From an uncultured Nitrososphaeraceae archaeon (GTDB lineage: Archaea; Thermoproteota; Nitrososphaeria; Nitrososphaerales; Nitrososphaeraceae), in the NCBI GenBank assembly GCA_963837175.1, contig CAWIMJ010000057.1, positions 128,001 to 192,000 of the forward strand: a DNA stretch of 64,000 nt, given 5' to 3'. Below the pieces are notes generated by a model that was not told the DNA's origin, searched no databases, and was given only the letters and a program-made list of their open reading frames with translations. Position 1 is the first letter of the stretch, and each line of letters starts with the position of its first letter. Positions 10,117 to 19,113 of this stretch are shown in pieces. The translations under genes were made by a program, and so were the position numbers.

Positions 10117-11178
10117 TTGACTTTTCCGCAGTTACAAAATCTAGTAAAGATAGATGACGATATTACTAATGAAAAGTATGGCTTTCTTCCAGACAAAAGG
10201 CCGATAGAATCATTGCTTAATTATGGATTAATTTTGATTGATAAACCAGCCGGTCCAACAAGCCACGAAGTAGTAGCATGGATAAAAAGAATATTGGATA
10301 TTGAAAAGACAGGACATAGTGGCACGTTAGATCCAGGAGCCACCGGGCTTTTGCCAATAGGGCTGGGCGAAGGGACAAAGGCTCTCTCTGTCCTACTCTT
10401 AGGACCAAAGGAATATTATGCATTAGCACGCATTCATTCTCATATATCTGAAGAAAGGATAAATTCAGTGATTGGAGAATTTGTGGGTGATATTTATCAA
10501 AGGCCACCGCAGCGATCATCTGTAAAAAGAGCAACCCGAGTACGAACACTATTTGAATTTGACAAAATGGAACAAAATGACCGTCTTGTTTTGATGCGAA
10601 TATTATGTCAAGCTGGGACATATATTAGAAAAATAGTTTATGATATAGGTGAAGTATTAGGCCCGGGAGCTACGATGGTGGAGCTTCGACGGACTAAAGT
10701 AAGTAACTTTTCAGAAAGTGAAGAAGCTCTCACAAAATTACACGATCTAGCTGATGCATATCAGTTATATAAGGAGAAAAGAGAAGATGCAAAGCTACGT
10801 AGATTGATAAAACCAATCGAACATTCTCTAGAGGGAATACGCGCAGTTGTGATAAGAGATACAGCGGTTGATGCACTTTGTCACGGTGCACAACTAGCGG
10901 TTCCTGGAGTAGTGGCAGTACCTGCAAATCTGAAGCCGGATGAGCTTGTCGGCGTATATACCTTGAAAGGAGAAATAGTTGGGCTGGCACAGGCTGCATT
11001 GACAACAACAGAAATTGAAAGCAGTACTAAGGGTCTTGCATTTTCAATAAAAAGAATAATTATGAAACCAGGCACTTATCCAAAAGTATGGCGCAAAGGT
11101 GGCCAAAATTTCAGCGAAGCAAAGAGTCAAAATATAAATATTAATCTTGATAAATTAGACGATGCAGATTTGGAATAA
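10117..11178 (+). CDS. cbf5: H/ACA RNA-guided pseudouridine synthase Cbf5
   Basis: DKPAGPTSHEV, GHSGTLDP, YQRPP, GTYIRK, ELRRT and PUA domain. Confidence 0.96.
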   Translation: MTFPQLQNLVKIDDDITNEKYGFLPDKRPIESLLNYGLILIDKPAGPTSHEVVAWIKRILDIEKTGHSGTLDPGATGLLPIGLGEGTKALSVLLLGPKEYYALARIHSHISEERINSVIGEFVGDIYQRPPQRSSVKRATRVRTLFEFDKMEQNDRLVLMRILCQAGTYIRKIVYDIGEVLGPGATMVELRRTKVSNFSESEEALTKLHDLADAYQLYKEKREDAKLRRLIKPIEHSLEGIRAVVIRDTAVDALCHGAQLAVPGVVAVPANLKPDELVGVYTLKGEIVGLAQAALTTTEIESSTKGLAFSIKRIIMKPGTYPKVWRKGGQNFSEAKSQNININLDKLDDADLE

Positions 11179-11185
11179 AAGAAGA

Positions 11186-11344
11186 TCAAAGTGATTCACC
11201 GAGACCTGGGAATTGCCTTTCTAATCTAGCGATATTTTTTGCCAGGTTATCCATTGTACCTGGAATGTGACAATTGCATATACATTCTTCACATTCTATA
11301 TGATTTCCATTCTTACACTGGTCTGAGAATTGTTGATTTTCCAT
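11186..11344 (-). CDS. Cys/His-rich micro-protein, 52 aa (not in ORF track)
   Basis: MENQQFSDQCKNGNHIECEECICNCHIPGTMDNLAKNIARLERQFPGLGESL; clean ATG..TGA, convergent with cbf5. Confidence 0.55.
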   Translation of the reverse strand: MENQQFSDQCKNGNHIECEECICNCHIPGTMDNLAKNIARLERQFPGLGESL

Positions 11345-11762
11345 AAAAGATAATATCTAATCTCATAAACCTTATTTTTACGTTTGTCTTATAATGTAAG
11401 AATATTATCCCTTAACTACAAATTAGACTAGATTACGATGTAAAATAATAGAATTAGCAATGTCTGTTAACATAAGTAAAGATAATCCTGAAGATGAATT
11501 CAAAGATTATATGATGTTATAATATTGTAGTAGAATATTAATGAATCCGAAGTTCCTGTTCATTGTAAAGAAAAATTATTATTAACACACTTTTAATTGT
11601 ATATTTCTCTACTAAAAATCCTTTAAATCAAAATGTGAGTTGCTCTCTAAGATTCTACGCCAAGAATCTCTTGCAAGGAGATTCCTAATAAAATAGTAAA
11701 CGAAACTAATATGATCTGCTTACCTATCACTTAAATCGTATGAGATTGAATCTACTATCAAC

Positions 11763-11930
11763 ATGCATCAAGATGACTTGAAGACGGTATGGATCTGTAA
11801 CGTCTGCCGGATGAGGTTTCTTTTTTTTTCAGATATAGAAGATCACAAAGCTAAAACTGGACATTCAGGCATAAAAAAGTATGATTTGTCGTCTGGTAAA
11901 TTACTTGAAAGTATCATGTGCGATATCTAA
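11763..11930 (+). CDS. C2H2-type zinc-finger micro-protein, 55 aa (not in ORF track)
   Basis: MHQDDLKTVWICNVCRMRFLFFSDIEDHKAKTGHSGIKKYDLSSGKLLESIMCDI: W-x-C-x2-C-x3-F-x8-H-x5-H spacing. Confidence 0.65.
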   Translation: MHQDDLKTVWICNVCRMRFLFFSDIEDHKAKTGHSGIKKYDLSSGKLLESIMCDI

Positions 11931-12041
11931 TCCTAATCTGGCTCCATTCAAATGGCGAGATTCTATATTTACTCGTATTTTATAATGTAAGTATGAATGG
12001 TTTGAATGGTTAATATACAGATTTAATTAGGAAATTACACT

Positions 12042-12139
12042 GCCGGGGTCGCCTAGTCTGGAAGGGCGCAAGCCTGGAATTCCCACTAGTCAGCTTGTGA
12101 CCTGTAAAGGTCCCGAGGGTTCAAATCCCTCTCCCGGCG
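12042..12139 (+). tRNA. tRNA-Ser(GGA) with 12-nt intron at 37/38 (12080-12091)
   Basis: Acceptor GCCGGGG/TCCCGGC, anticodon stem CAAGC/GCTTG, CT-GGA-A loop, long variable arm GACCT-GTAA-AGGTC, T arm GAGGG-TTCAAAT-CCCTC, discriminator G. Confidence 0.93.
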
Positions 12140-12435
12140 TCTCAATACCTGCTTTCACTTCGACATGCTCTACGGATAAAGAATGATAATTCCTAAGAAA
12201 GGTCAATCTAATAATCAAAGGTTTAGAACCATGATATGCTAAGCTTCAGTAAATATATCAAAAGAAACGCTATTGCTATTATGAATTTTATATTAAATAC
12301 CAAAATAGAGATTAACCTTTCAGATAATCGATTTTATTTATACTATTACTATCATAGCAGTGCCGCTAAAGTGAAGTATAAATCGTCAAAGGCAAATAAG
12401 AACCATGCAGAATGATTATTTTTAATCTCCTGATT

Positions 12436-12681
12436 TCATATTTCTTCATCAATCTGTTCGAATGATGTAGCTTTAGAAATTTCATGTAAACGCATAACGC
12501 AGGTCCTATCGTACTCTTTTTGATTGATTATGCCTTTTTCGTCAAGCATTTCTATAAGTGTTGTGAGCCGAGCGCTAATTTCTTCCGAAGGTGTTAATTC
12601 CTTCCCTGTAATTTTTTTAAACGATCCTGGGCCTTCGATACTAGTATCTTCGCTCCTCGCGTGTCTTCTATTTGATCGCAT
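12436..12681 (-). CDS. Hypothetical protein
   Basis: 81-aa ORF, protein-like composition with LIEMLDEKGIINQKEY (SHOCT-like) segment. Confidence 0.65.
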   Translation of the reverse strand: MRSNRRHARSEDTSIEGPGSFKKITGKELTPSEEISARLTTLIEMLDEKGIINQKEYDRTCVMRLHEISKATSFEQIDEEI

Positions 12682-13139
12682 ATATATCTAAGCAGTTAAA
12701 CGTAATATATTCCAAGGTTCTGCTTAGCATATCCACATTCCTTTGGTAACGTTGGTAAAAAAAATTAAAGCTGATATATAATAAAGATAACATGATGAAA
12801 AGTAATCAAAAATAATAAATAATAACAATTGTGCTCTATTCGTGATCGTGGGATCTTAATTGTAAAGTTTGTTATCAGTTTATTTAGTTATGATTTGCTT
12901 ATAATATTGTATTAAGATCAGATCATGTAAGATTATGTAAACAAATATAGATACAATAAGAAATTATTGATGCTTTAGAACAATACAAATTCTCATGCGC
13001 CAGCCAGCACTCATTGATTCAAGTTGTATTGCCATGGATGGAAAATAACAAAGTTGGTCAAGGAATTGTAGGTATTTTCAATTATTAAGCTATAACTTAG
13101 CTTTAAATAGAGTTAATACATTTCAGCCGTTGTTGATCA

Positions 13140-14597
13140 ATGTCATTATTTAGCCCAGATTACGATATTATTGTTGCTGGTGGCGGTCTCGCCGGCATGA
13201 TAGTTGCATCCTCTGCAGCTCATTATTCGAAGCAATCACTTCGAATCCTAATCATAGATAGAAATAATTTATCTAGCCTGGGAAAAAAAACCCTGTCAGG
13301 ATGGATATGCGGTGATGCTGTGGGTAAAAACAGCGTTGAATATATGTCAAGTAGGATAGGAATTGAATGGAAATACCCAGAAATTGAACATCCTGTAAAG
13401 GGAGTAATTGCATATTCTCCAGATCATAGAACTGCCATTTCTTTTGATGGAGAAGGTTATATTCTGAATAGAAAGCTTTTACCACAGAAACAGATGAAAG
13501 ATGCAGTAAAAGCAGGTATAGAGGTCAGAGAACAAGTCACATTACGTTCCTTGATCGTAGAAAACAATAATGTGATAGGAGTAGAAGGTGATGATACCTT
13601 TAACAGATCTTTATTCAGAAAGACTGCTAAAATTGTTGTCGATTGTACTGGAGTTACTTCAGTTCTGAGGAATAATTTAGCAATTAAATCATATATTCAA
13701 CGAAGAATTGATAGGGATGACCTAGAAGCCACGGGTCGCTATATCTATAATTTCGACGTTGCAGATCATGACAATACATTCTTTGATCCTGACTACTGCA
13801 TAATCCATTTAGATCAAAAACTAGCCCCTGGGGGATACGGTTGGGTCTTTCCGAAAGGTAAAGATAAAGCTAACATTGGTCTAGGCGTACAGCAAAAAGC
13901 ATTCGAAAGGCATAACAAGGAGACTGGAATACATAAGGATCTTAAAAGACTAATAGATGAATATGTGAAAATTAATCCTGTAATTGCTAACCCAAAAATT
14001 GCTGACTCAGAAATGGATGAAGGGAATGCCTGGGGAACCTGGCAGGTTTCAGTAAGAAGACAGAATGATTGCATGGTTGCAAATGGATATATGCTCGTAG
14101 GAGATTCTGCGTGGATGCCAAAACCACTGGATGCAGGCGGAATAGGACCTGCTATTATAGCTGCTACAATTGCTGGAAAAGAAGCAGTAGACGCGATTGA
14201 AGCTGAGGATGTCACAGAAAGAGGTTTATGGAAATATAATAAGAATTATGTTAATGACTACGGATATAAGACCGCTGGACTTGAAGTATTCCGTCGAATG
14301 TTACAAGGCTTAACAAATGAACAGATTGATTATGGTATGAAACATTTCCTGTCTAAAATGGACATTGATAAAATCACAAATGGCGAACATCCTCAGTTTA
14401 CGAGTCTGGATAAATTAGGTATGATTATACGAGGAGGAATGAACAAAAGCTTGGCCGATTGTCTAAAATTTACTGCTGGTATGAATGAAAAATTGGTAGA
14501 GCATTATCAGAACTATCCCTCAGATCCTGAGGGATTTCCAAATTGGCAACAGGTTCTAAATGGCCATCTCAAGGAAGCATTTATCAAGTTTAAGTAG
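13140..14597 (+). CDS. Geranylgeranyl reductase family flavoprotein (digeranylgeranylglycerophospholipid reductase-like)
   Basis: DIIVAGGGLAG FAD motif, CGDA, PGGYGWVFPK, LVGDSAWMPKPLDAGGI; TTTAAATA at 13102. Confidence 0.88.
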   Translation: MSLFSPDYDIIVAGGGLAGMIVASSAAHYSKQSLRILIIDRNNLSSLGKKTLSGWICGDAVGKNSVEYMSSRIGIEWKYPEIEHPVKGVIAYSPDHRTAISFDGEGYILNRKLLPQKQMKDAVKAGIEVREQVTLRSLIVENNNVIGVEGDDTFNRSLFRKTAKIVVDCTGVTSVLRNNLAIKSYIQRRIDRDDLEATGRYIYNFDVADHDNTFFDPDYCIIHLDQKLAPGGYGWVFPKGKDKANIGLGVQQKAFERHNKETGIHKDLKRLIDEYVKINPVIANPKIADSEMDEGNAWGTWQVSVRRQNDCMVANGYMLVGDSAWMPKPLDAGGIGPAIIAATIAGKEAVDAIEAEDVTERGLWKYNKNYVNDYGYKTAGLEVFRRMLQGLTNEQIDYGMKHFLSKMDIDKITNGEHPQFTSLDKLGMIIRGGMNKSLADCLKFTAGMNEKLVEHYQNYPSDPEGFPNWQQVLNGHLKEAFIKFK

Positions 14598-14739
14598 TTT
14601 AAATCAGCTGTATGAAGTATTGAATATTATGACATGATTTTTATTCAACGATTGCGTTGTGTGTATCTGAATATTAAGTTCTAGAAAGCAATTCGTCTGC
14701 AATTAAAAAAGGTGAAATAATTATTATACAATAATACTC

Positions 14740-15366
14740 TTATTTAAAAAATTCCTTTTGTAAATTGTCGACAGCTTTTATCATTATTGCTCGCCTGGTT
14801 TCCTCAGTAATGACTGCCCTGATGTCTTCAATGAGCATTTTTGATATATCCAATTTTCTCCTTAGACCGGGTATTAAATTATCATAGACTGCAAAGGGGT
14901 AAACTATGCTATAGAGATCTTGCATTATAGTAAATAACTTTATAGCATCCTCAGCTTTTCCTACTCTCATCCTGTCATATACCATTCGTTTTACTTCACC
15001 AATGCAGTCTAACAATCCTGTCAGATAGGATGAACCTAATACATTTAGTTCTTTTTTACTTGGTAACAATGATTCTTCAACAATGGACTTCAGCACGTAT
15101 GCCTCTACGAATTCTTGTTCAGCTACAGCAATGTACTTATGCAGATCTGTTTTTGCGTACTCTTTAAATTTATCTAGCATCACCTTCGCCTGAGATATTT
15201 TATCACGTGCATCATCCATTTCATTGTTGTGCAAGGCGATGATCGATTTACTACAGAGCATAACTATATCACGTGTATTTTTGATTAAGATCTCTCTTCG
15301 TTCTTCGACATTTTGAAGCTCTCCATTTATTTGATCAAGTGAGCTATGAACATTTTTAAACGACAT
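14740..15366 (-). CDS. Translin/TRAX family protein
   Basis: RREILIKNTRDIV..SKSIIALH, AEQEFVEA, YLTGLLDCIGEVKR, LRRKLD. Confidence 0.88.
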   Translation of the reverse strand: MSFKNVHSSLDQINGELQNVEERREILIKNTRDIVMLCSKSIIALHNNEMDDARDKISQAKVMLDKFKEYAKTDLHKYIAVAEQEFVEAYVLKSIVEESLLPSKKELNVLGSSYLTGLLDCIGEVKRMVYDRMRVGKAEDAIKLFTIMQDLYSIVYPFAVYDNLIPGLRRKLDISKMLIEDIRAVITEETRRAIMIKAVDNLQKEFFK

Positions 15367-15562
15367 AACTACGTTTACAAAGAATTCAATAAAGACTTTG
15401 CCATTATGATGCTATCTGAGGGATATGCAAAATAGGAGTGTGGCGAAGCTACAGTGACAGTAAGTCACACTATTTAGATGATGAAAATTTGTCTGTTAAA
15501 TAAGGATTGAGTATAATAGATATCCAAAAAATTTAAACATATATACTGAGAGAATGTTTTGA

Positions 15563-16147
15563 TTGAGGAATATTCGTCGAAGTAGAGGTTATAGTTATGA
15601 ACACACTCTCGTTCAGAGATTAAACACGGAGTTGTGGAACGCACGACGATTAGGTGGGTCTAGTATAGGATTACCGGATGTCATCGCTGTTAACAATATA
15701 GAAGCCATATTGTTATCAATAGAAGCAAAATCGGGAACAGGGGACGCCTTATACGTTCCATCTGATCAAATTAACAGATGCTTGCAAATCCGGGACATGT
15801 TCAGCTTTTACAAATCAAGACACGCAATTTTGGCATTTAAATTTATGAGGAAAAAAAGATTTAAGCGGAAAGGTCAGATTGTTTATGAACAACGAAAACT
15901 TCTGGAATATTACAAAATTGCAGACAAGCTCGAGAAAATGACTGATATGACGATGATAAAATGTACATACCAAGGCAAAACGTTCTTTATTCGTGGCAGT
16001 CAATGTATAAAATTAAATCTACCTAATTATACCATGCCTTTTCAAAAAGTCATAGGAACTGAGTTAAAAAACTTGGTTTGTAATAAATCTCTATTAAAAA
16101 GTCGCAGAGGGAGAACTTTTATGTCACCCTATTCTCCTCTATCTTGA
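15563..16147 (+). CDS. Holliday-junction resolvase Hjc-like PD-(D/E)xK nuclease
   Basis: RGYSYEHTLV, RRLGGS..LPDVIA, IEAKS, LYV..DQI. Confidence 0.8.
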   Translation: MRNIRRSRGYSYEHTLVQRLNTELWNARRLGGSSIGLPDVIAVNNIEAILLSIEAKSGTGDALYVPSDQINRCLQIRDMFSFYKSRHAILAFKFMRKKRFKRKGQIVYEQRKLLEYYKIADKLEKMTDMTMIKCTYQGKTFFIRGSQCIKLNLPNYTMPFQKVIGTELKNLVCNKSLLKSRRGRTFMSPYSPLS

Positions 16148-16159
16148 GCGAGCAAATGG

Positions 16160-16834
16160 ATGAAACCTATTACATCAGATCAAATGTATAGGATTGAAGA
16201 TAATAGTCACAACCTAATTGGAATGCAACGTGTTTACATGATGGAGAACGCTGGACATGGAATAGCTGATTTTATAGTTAACAAATTCAAGACTAAACTA
16301 AAAGATAAGAAAATAGTTGCTCTATGCGGGACAGGAAATAATGGTGGTGATGGATTCGTCGCGTCGAGACATTTAACATCTTATCATGCTTCTGATATAA
16401 GTGTAATATTGATTGGACTTCCATCCTTTATACGGAGTGAAGAGGCTGATATTAACTGGAAAATACTTGAAAAAATGGATTCAATTAAAGTCATTTTTGG
16501 AAAAGATCTAAACGAAGATATTAAAGCCAAAATCACTAAAGCTGACATTATCATTGATGGCATTTTTGGGACGGGAATAAGAGGAAAAATTCGTTATCCT
16601 AACAATCATGCTATTGACCTTATTAATTCATCAAGAGCTTATATTGTGTCTATTGATGTTCCTTCCGGACTTGATCCAAACACAGGACAAGTACATGAGA
16701 AATGTGTCAAAGCTGATGCTACGGTTACTTTCCATAGAATGAAAAGGGGATTGCTAAGGAACAAAAAATTTACAGGAATTATTCATATAGAATGTATAGG
16801 CATACCACCGGAAGCGGAGAGAGGAGTACTTTAA
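16160..16834 (+). CDS. nnrE: NAD(P)H-hydrate epimerase (YjeF N-terminal)
   Basis: MMENAG, CGTGNNGGDG, DGIFGTG, SIDVPSG, ADATVTF. Confidence 0.93.
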   Translation: MKPITSDQMYRIEDNSHNLIGMQRVYMMENAGHGIADFIVNKFKTKLKDKKIVALCGTGNNGGDGFVASRHLTSYHASDISVILIGLPSFIRSEEADINWKILEKMDSIKVIFGKDLNEDIKAKITKADIIIDGIFGTGIRGKIRYPNNHAIDLINSSRAYIVSIDVPSGLDPNTGQVHEKCVKADATVTFHRMKRGLLRNKKFTGIIHIECIGIPPEAERGVL

Positions 16835-16841
16835 TATCTAC

Positions 16842-17462
16842 ATGAAAGTCATTCAGTTTCTGGTGGGTCAGATGGCAAATTTTACATACATTCTTGTCGA
16901 CGAGGAGACAGGTGAAGCTCTTGTAATTGATCCATCGTGGGATCTGGAGAAGATATTTTATACATTAAAGAAAAACTCTTGGAAACTCGAATATATAATC
17001 AATACACACAGCCATTTTGATCATGTGTTAGGAAATGAACAAGTAGCTGCAGCGACAGGTGCTAAAATAATTCAGCATAATACATCACCGCTTGAGAAAC
17101 AAATACCAGTAGATGATGGCGAGACTATTAAACTGGGAAAAATACAGATAAGAGTATTATATACGCCGGGGCACTCTAAAGATAGTATATGCCTTGTTGC
17201 AAATGAAGAAATGGTATTTACCGGTGATACATTATTTGTAGGAAATTGCGGTAGAACTGATCTCCCAGGAAGCGATCCTGCCGAAATGTATCATAGTCTA
17301 CTTGATAAAGTTGCAACACTTGATGAATCATTAATTGTGTATCCTGGCCATGACTACGGACCAACTCCCACTTCCACCATTGATGCACAGAAGAAGACGA
17401 ACTATGTATTACAACCTAGATCAAAAAAAGATTTTCTAGCATTTATGGCAAGTGATGATTGA
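16842..17462 (+). CDS. MBL-fold metallo-hydrolase (glyoxalase II-like)
   Basis: THSHFDH, TPGHS, FTGDTLF, PGHDY. Confidence 0.92.
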   Translation: MKVIQFLVGQMANFTYILVDEETGEALVIDPSWDLEKIFYTLKKNSWKLEYIINTHSHFDHVLGNEQVAAATGAKIIQHNTSPLEKQIPVDDGETIKLGKIQIRVLYTPGHSKDSICLVANEEMVFTGDTLFVGNCGRTDLPGSDPAEMYHSLLDKVATLDESLIVYPGHDYGPTPTSTIDAQKKTNYVLQPRSKKDFLAFMASDD

Positions 17463-18568
17463 CTATGAATCAGAGAGAATATCTTAATATTTCTTGTTTG
17501 AACCAAAGTAATTTTGATATTCGAAATTTTGGTGTTTATAATCCAATTTTTATCTGCATCATATCTAATACTGAAACAAGTGATATCCCAGGGATCACAG
17601 TTGCAGGTGCGAATACAGAACTTATTAAGTACACTTCAGCAGGAGATTCTGAATACCTTTATTACGGCTATTGTAAATCTATGAATAAGATACCAGTAAC
17701 ACCTGATGGAAAACCAACTCCCGCTGTAATATCAAGAACAGCTTTGCAGCTGGCTGATATTCCATTTTTGGTTGTTGATGCGGGTTCATTTATCAAACCT
17801 TCTATTCCATTTTTTTCGTTTGATTTGAAACCTGGCAAAAATATCATAAATGGAGATGCCGTTGACATTTTTGATGTTAAAAAGGCATATGATTATGGTA
17901 TGATTCTTGGAAGACAACTGGCAAAAAATAATGACTTGACAGTAATAGGAGAAAGTATTCCAGGCGGTACCACGACTGCCTTAGGAGTTTTGACTGCGCT
18001 TGGTATTGATGCAAAATTTAAAGTAAGTAGTAGTATGCCAAGAAATCCTCATGAGCTCAAAAATAGAATCATCGCTGAGTGCATGCAAAAGACAAACATA
18101 AATTTGGATACGTTAAAAAATGATCCTTTCGGCGTCATATCATATTTCGGCGATCCCATGATTCCTTCTGTGGCGGGTATATGCGACGGCGTGATTACTT
18201 CAGGTGGAAGGGTTATGCTTGCAGGAGGAACGCAGATGTCTGCTGTGATTGCTGTTTTAAAAACTCTTAAACGTCCTCTTGATAATGTATCTATTGGCAC
18301 AACTTCATACGTGGCAGATGATATATACTCTAATCTTTATGAACTTGTGATGGCAATATCTCCAGAGGTGCCTATTTACGTAGTAGATCTTCATATGAAC
18401 GAGTCAGAATATGCTGGTTTACAAGCATTTGCGAAAGGATTTATAAAAGAAGGCGTAGGAGCTGGCGGTCTATCAATTGCTGCGTCATTGAAATCCAAAG
18501 GCAGAATTAATGGCTCCATTCTTCTAAAAGCCATAGAACAACAATATCAGTTGACAATTGAACATTAG
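17459..18568 (+). CDS. cobT: Archaeal nicotinate-nucleotide:benzimidazole phosphoribosyltransferase CobT (TIGR00303-like)
   Basis: IPGITVAG, PTPAVISR, GESIPGGTTTALGVL, SSSMP, LAGGTQM, KEGVGAGG. Confidence 0.88.
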   Translation: MTMNQREYLNISCLNQSNFDIRNFGVYNPIFICIISNTETSDIPGITVAGANTELIKYTSAGDSEYLYYGYCKSMNKIPVTPDGKPTPAVISRTALQLADIPFLVVDAGSFIKPSIPFFSFDLKPGKNIINGDAVDIFDVKKAYDYGMILGRQLAKNNDLTVIGESIPGGTTTALGVLTALGIDAKFKVSSSMPRNPHELKNRIIAECMQKTNINLDTLKNDPFGVISYFGDPMIPSVAGICDGVITSGGRVMLAGGTQMSAVIAVLKTLKRPLDNVSIGTTSYVADDIYSNLYELVMAISPEVPIYVVDLHMNESEYAGLQAFAKGFIKEGVGAGGLSIAASLKSKGRINGSILLKAIEQQYQLTIEH

Positions 18569-19113
18569 CTGGCACTAAAATTAAGGCATAGCTGTAAAAC
18601 TTGATTTTCCTATATCTATATAATTTATTCTTTAAATGATCAGTAAGATACCGAATTATATTGATATCTATAATCCCAAAATATTCAGATGTTTGATCTC
18701 AAACAACATGGCTGTATCGTTTTTGAGATATTTAATGAATGTGTGCAGCATATTTGCCGATCATGCTTTTCAATTTATTGTTGAAGCTAAAAGAGATCCT
18801 GAGGTTTGGATGAGAGCTCGATCCTTTGATACAGTTCTGTAGTTTTTTTATATTTTTTATTATTTCTCACATTTCCCATGTGAGGTGTAAGTTTGAAATA
18901 CGATACCTCTAGAATATCCACATTATATATTACGTAAATCGAGCTTTTAGGAGGCTTTCATCGTCTATAATCTAGTGGTTAGTTGAATAATTTTTATTCT
19001 TGAATTTTTCTACAATCATTTTTAAATATGCACAAGGAATAAACTGTATACCTATAGTAATGTAGAGATATATGATATTCTAAAGATATAAGTAAATTGC
19101 TAATTACGATCAA

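Noticed and set aside
12140-12435. Integrated element at tRNA-Ser
   Set aside because: No duplicated tRNA 3' end (att site) or integrase noticed downstream
18636-18842. 68-aa ORF and other short ORFs in AT-rich gaps (21806, 22971, 30216, 36295, 56690)
   Set aside because: Composition (I/F/Y/N/K-rich) typical of random AT-rich frames; no motifs
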